Shown here in pieces: positions 62,401 through 64,000 of a DNA stretch of 64,000 bases. The position numbers were made by a program, and so were the translations under genes. How positions within the stretch are numbered: the first letter of the stretch is position 1; each line of letters starts with the position of its first letter. The notes under the pieces are model-generated. The model saw only the letters and a list, made by a program, of their open reading frames with translations. It was not told the origin of the DNA and did not search any database. Source of the DNA: Terriglobales bacterium (GTDB lineage Bacteria > Acidobacteriota > Terriglobia > Terriglobales > SCQP01); the NCBI GenBank assembly GCA_035531375.1, contig DATKSZ010000149.1, forward strand, positions 903 through 64,902. Reading direction: 5' to 3'.

Positions 62401-62544
62401 GTTCACCTGGATGGTGGGAAAGTCCACGTTGGGCAGGTCGCTCACCGGCAGCGCCCGGTAGGCCACGATGCCAAACACCAGCAGCGCCATCATCAGCAGC
62501 GCGGTGGCGATCGGACGGCGGATGAAGATGCTCGCCAGGTTCAT
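59443..62544 (-). CDS. RND efflux transporter permease (AcrB/HAE1-like)
   Basis: [19 protein letters not shown]-terminus. 12-TM, two-large-loop architecture. 1033 aa. Confidence 0.95.
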   Translation of the reverse strand: MNLASIFIRRPIATALLMMALLVFGIVAYRALPVSDLPNVDFPTIQVNAGLPGASAQTMASSVATPLEKQFAAIPGLDEMSSSSQQGSTSIALQFDLSRDIDGAAGDVQTAINAAGGQLPQGMPAPPTFHKVNPADTSILNLALSSSTQPLSTVDHYAEDVVGQQISMLSGVAQVNVMGARKYAVRVQLNPLAMAARGVGIDQVQTAIQNGNVNLPAGVLWGKNKAYTVQATGQLTSAAAFRSLIVAEHNGAPVRLQDIAHVVDSVLVDKNESWVNGTPAVLLTINKQPGANTINTVDRVKALIPAMQRSIPPSIKLQVEYDKSIPVRASVNDVKFTLLLTMFLVVLVIFLFLKNISATAIPSLALPFTIVGTFAVMYLLHYSLDNLSLLALTLSVGFVVDDAIVMLENIVRHMEMGKAALQAAFDGSKEISFTILSMTLSLSAVFIPFLFMGGVLGRLLHEFAVTIGAAILVSGLVSLTLTPMLCSRFLKPEGHRRHGAVYNFLEGGYQLMYRAYNATLKAVLRHPALTMLGALAVLGLTIKLFLILPTGFLPNQDMDEVVAQVQAAQGISWTAMRQHELEVIKVFDALPETQAAMAMAGGGAGNTGAVYDHLKPRAERSRSADQIIAAVRPVLAKIPGVQVFLQNPPPIKIGAHGTKSLYQVALEGTNPDELYHYAPLLAQKLSQFAILKDVNTDMQMQNPQVNVVINRDKASSLGVSASQIEQALYTAYGQRQLSMIYAPDDEYYVITELQQKYQLNPQTLSYLYVHSSNGALVPLSAVTNFTQSLGPLTVNHIGQFPAVTISFDLKLGASLGTAVDLIQQTAREMLPPTINLTFQGTAQVFQQSMQGMALLLVMTVLVIYIVLGILYESFIHPLTILSGLPAAACGALLTLWYFHVDLNIYSIVGIIMLIGIVKKNAIMMIDFALQAERENNHGPEEAIYQGALVRFRPIMMTTFCALVGTLPIAIGTGPGAESRRPLGLAVVGGLVLAQFLTLYITPVVYIYMDRLQGWMGKKKAQPAAVAGEAAPSY

Positions 62545-62547
62545 GCC

Positions 62548-63705
62548 CTACTCCTGCGCCTGCGTGCCCGGATTGGGCCCCGCCCCCTGCGCCTGTACCC
62601 CCGGCCGCACCGTCACCTTCGCCCCCGGGTACAGCGCCAACTGCCCGTCGGTCACCACCGTCTCCCCCGGCGCCACCCCCTTGGCGATCACCGTCACCCC
62701 GTTGGCCGTGGTCGAGGTGGTCACGGTGCGGTTCTCCACCGTCCCCGCCGGCGTCACCACGTACACGTACATGTCGTTCTGTCCGGTCAGCACCGCCGTC
62801 GAGGGCACCACCGTCGCCCCGTCCTGCACCGACAGCGTCACGTCGGTGTTGACATACTCGCCCGGCCACAGCCGCTGCTGCGCGTTGGGAAAGGTCCCCA
62901 TCAACTGGATGGTGGCGGTGCTGTTGTCAATGCTGTTGTTGATGAAGCTCAGCACCCCCGCCTCCGGCGACGCCTCCCCCTGCGCCTGCGCCCGCACCTG
63001 CAGCGGATGCCGCGCGTTCAGCGCCTTCAGCTCCAGCAGGTACTGCTCCGGCACCGAAAACGAGACGTAGATCGGCGCGATCTGGTTGATCGTCACCAGC
63101 ACCGTCGCGTTGGGCTGCACTACGTTGCCCGCCTGCACCAGCAGGCTGCCGGTGCGCCCGTCAATCGGCGAGGCGATGGTGCAGTAGCTCAGGTTCAGCT
63201 TCGCCGTCTCCACCGCCGCCCGGTCCGCCCGCACCACCGAGTCGTCCGCCGCCGCCGCCGCCTGCAACTGCTCGTTCTGCTCCACCGACACGATCCCCTG
63301 CTTGGCCAGGTCGCCGTAGCGCTTGGCCTCCACCTGCGCCTGGCTGTCGTTGGCCAGGTCGCGCGCCAGGTTGGCCTGCGCCTGCGCCAAGGCCGCCTGG
63401 TAGGGCTGCGGGTCTATGGTGAACAGCACCTGCCCCTTGTGCACCTCGTCGCCTTGGCGGAAGCCCACCGTCTTCAGCTCCCCCCCCACCAGCGACTTCA
63501 CCGACACCGTCGCCATCGCCTGCACCGAGCCGATTGCCTCCAGCCGGGTCGGCACATTTTGCGTCGTGGCGCGAGCCACCGTCACCGCCACCGGCGCCAG
63601 CGCCGCCGCCTTGGGCGTGGCCGCCTTGCAGCCCGCCAGCAGGCTGGCCAGCAGCCCCATCGCCGCCGCGGCGGCCAAAGTCCGAGCAGGTGTCGAAAGT
63701 CGCAT
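62548..63705 (-). CDS. RND efflux periplasmic adaptor (membrane fusion protein)
   Basis: Start MRLSTPARTLAAAAAMGLLASLLAGC (lipobox). GDEVHKGQVLFTIDP lipoyl/hairpin motifs. Confidence 0.85.
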   Translation of the reverse strand: MRLSTPARTLAAAAAMGLLASLLAGCKAATPKAAALAPVAVTVARATTQNVPTRLEAIGSVQAMATVSVKSLVGGELKTVGFRQGDEVHKGQVLFTIDPQPYQAALAQAQANLARDLANDSQAQVEAKRYGDLAKQGIVSVEQNEQLQAAAAADDSVVRADRAAVETAKLNLSYCTIASPIDGRTGSLLVQAGNVVQPNATVLVTINQIAPIYVSFSVPEQYLLELKALNARHPLQVRAQAQGEASPEAGVLSFINNSIDNSTATIQLMGTFPNAQQRLWPGEYVNTDVTLSVQDGATVVPSTAVLTGQNDMYVYVVTPAGTVENRTVTTSTTANGVTVIAKGVAPGETVVTDGQLALYPGAKVTVRPGVQAQGAGPNPGTQAQE

Positions 63706-63834
63706 AGTCGGGCGCGGGGGCTCGCCGTCGCGCACACCCCCCCAGACTTTCAATTGTATATCCGTCGGCCCGGTTTTTCCCCGCCTTCTCCCCCTTCCTT
63801 TTCCCCGGTTACGGTTAATGACAGCCTTGTCCGA

Positions 63835-64000
63835 TCGCGGGGGTCGCGCCGCTTTGCCAGCTGGCAAAACCGGCGCGAAAGGCTGCGAACCGGGGTCCCC
63901 AGAACCCGCTTCGGGTTCTGGGGTGGTCGTAATTCCGCAGGCGCAGACGCGCCAGTGGCGCGTCTGCGCCCCCGGGAAGCGAATTCGGCGCGGCCCCAGC
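63835..64000 (+). repeat. mosaic hairpin repeat, copy I (truncated by window end)
   Basis: H1, H2 and H3 modules nearly identical to copy G. Confidence 0.9.

Overview
High-GC (about 70%) bacterial chromosome segment; the gene content looks Acidobacteria-like, which is an inference from protein families only. All coordinates were hand-indexed from the printed sequence, and nothing was computed or searched.

Gene layout:
- 1-5.7 kb: the 3' end of topA, then a copper-handling block on the minus strand (Tat multicopper oxidase, TolC-like protein, cytochrome c, plus small Met- or Cys-rich proteins).
- 5.7-17 kb, minus strand: an uninterrupted dcw cluster, mraZ-rsmH-ftsL-ftsI-murE-murF-mraY-murD-ftsW-murG. 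A sigma70-like promoter and four GTGG[G/T] boxes at 10-bp spacing lie upstream of mraZ.
- 17-24 kb: an epimerase, two tandem CPBP proteases, tRNA-Arg(TCT), a vapBC pair and a large BNR/VPS10-like protein.
- 24-26 kb: msrA and a GT4 glycosyltransferase.
- 26.3-32.3 kb (accessory): a secreted-protein gene whose signal peptide is split by a (CT)11 tract; a 1541-aa Sec-leader RHS/YD toxin with a glycine-zipper-like C-terminal domain; two small AT-richer membrane proteins (immunity candidates).
- 32.6-46.7 kb: an acyltransferase, a FecR-like protein, a 1336-aa FG-GAP/Ig-like surface protein, GT2, two transglutaminase-like proteins and a DUF2029-like membrane glycosyltransferase.
- 46.7-53.5 kb: a small Cys/Met-rich protein, a TonB-dependent receptor, a second cytochrome c, then tolB-pal-cpoB.
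- 53.5-64 kb: a BON protein, a YpdA-like reductase coupled to a stand-alone LarC C-terminal domain, a GGDEF cyclase, a MoaD-like/BNR pair and an RND pump with its adaptor.

Two signals stand out:
1. The (CT)11 frame switch immediately upstream of the RHS toxin.
2. A mosaic, hairpin-built repeat family with at least 10 copies, all in the same orientation. Its stems show compensatory substitutions, and some modules sit inside reading frames.

Many long ORFs in the track are GC-driven antisense shadows and were rejected.
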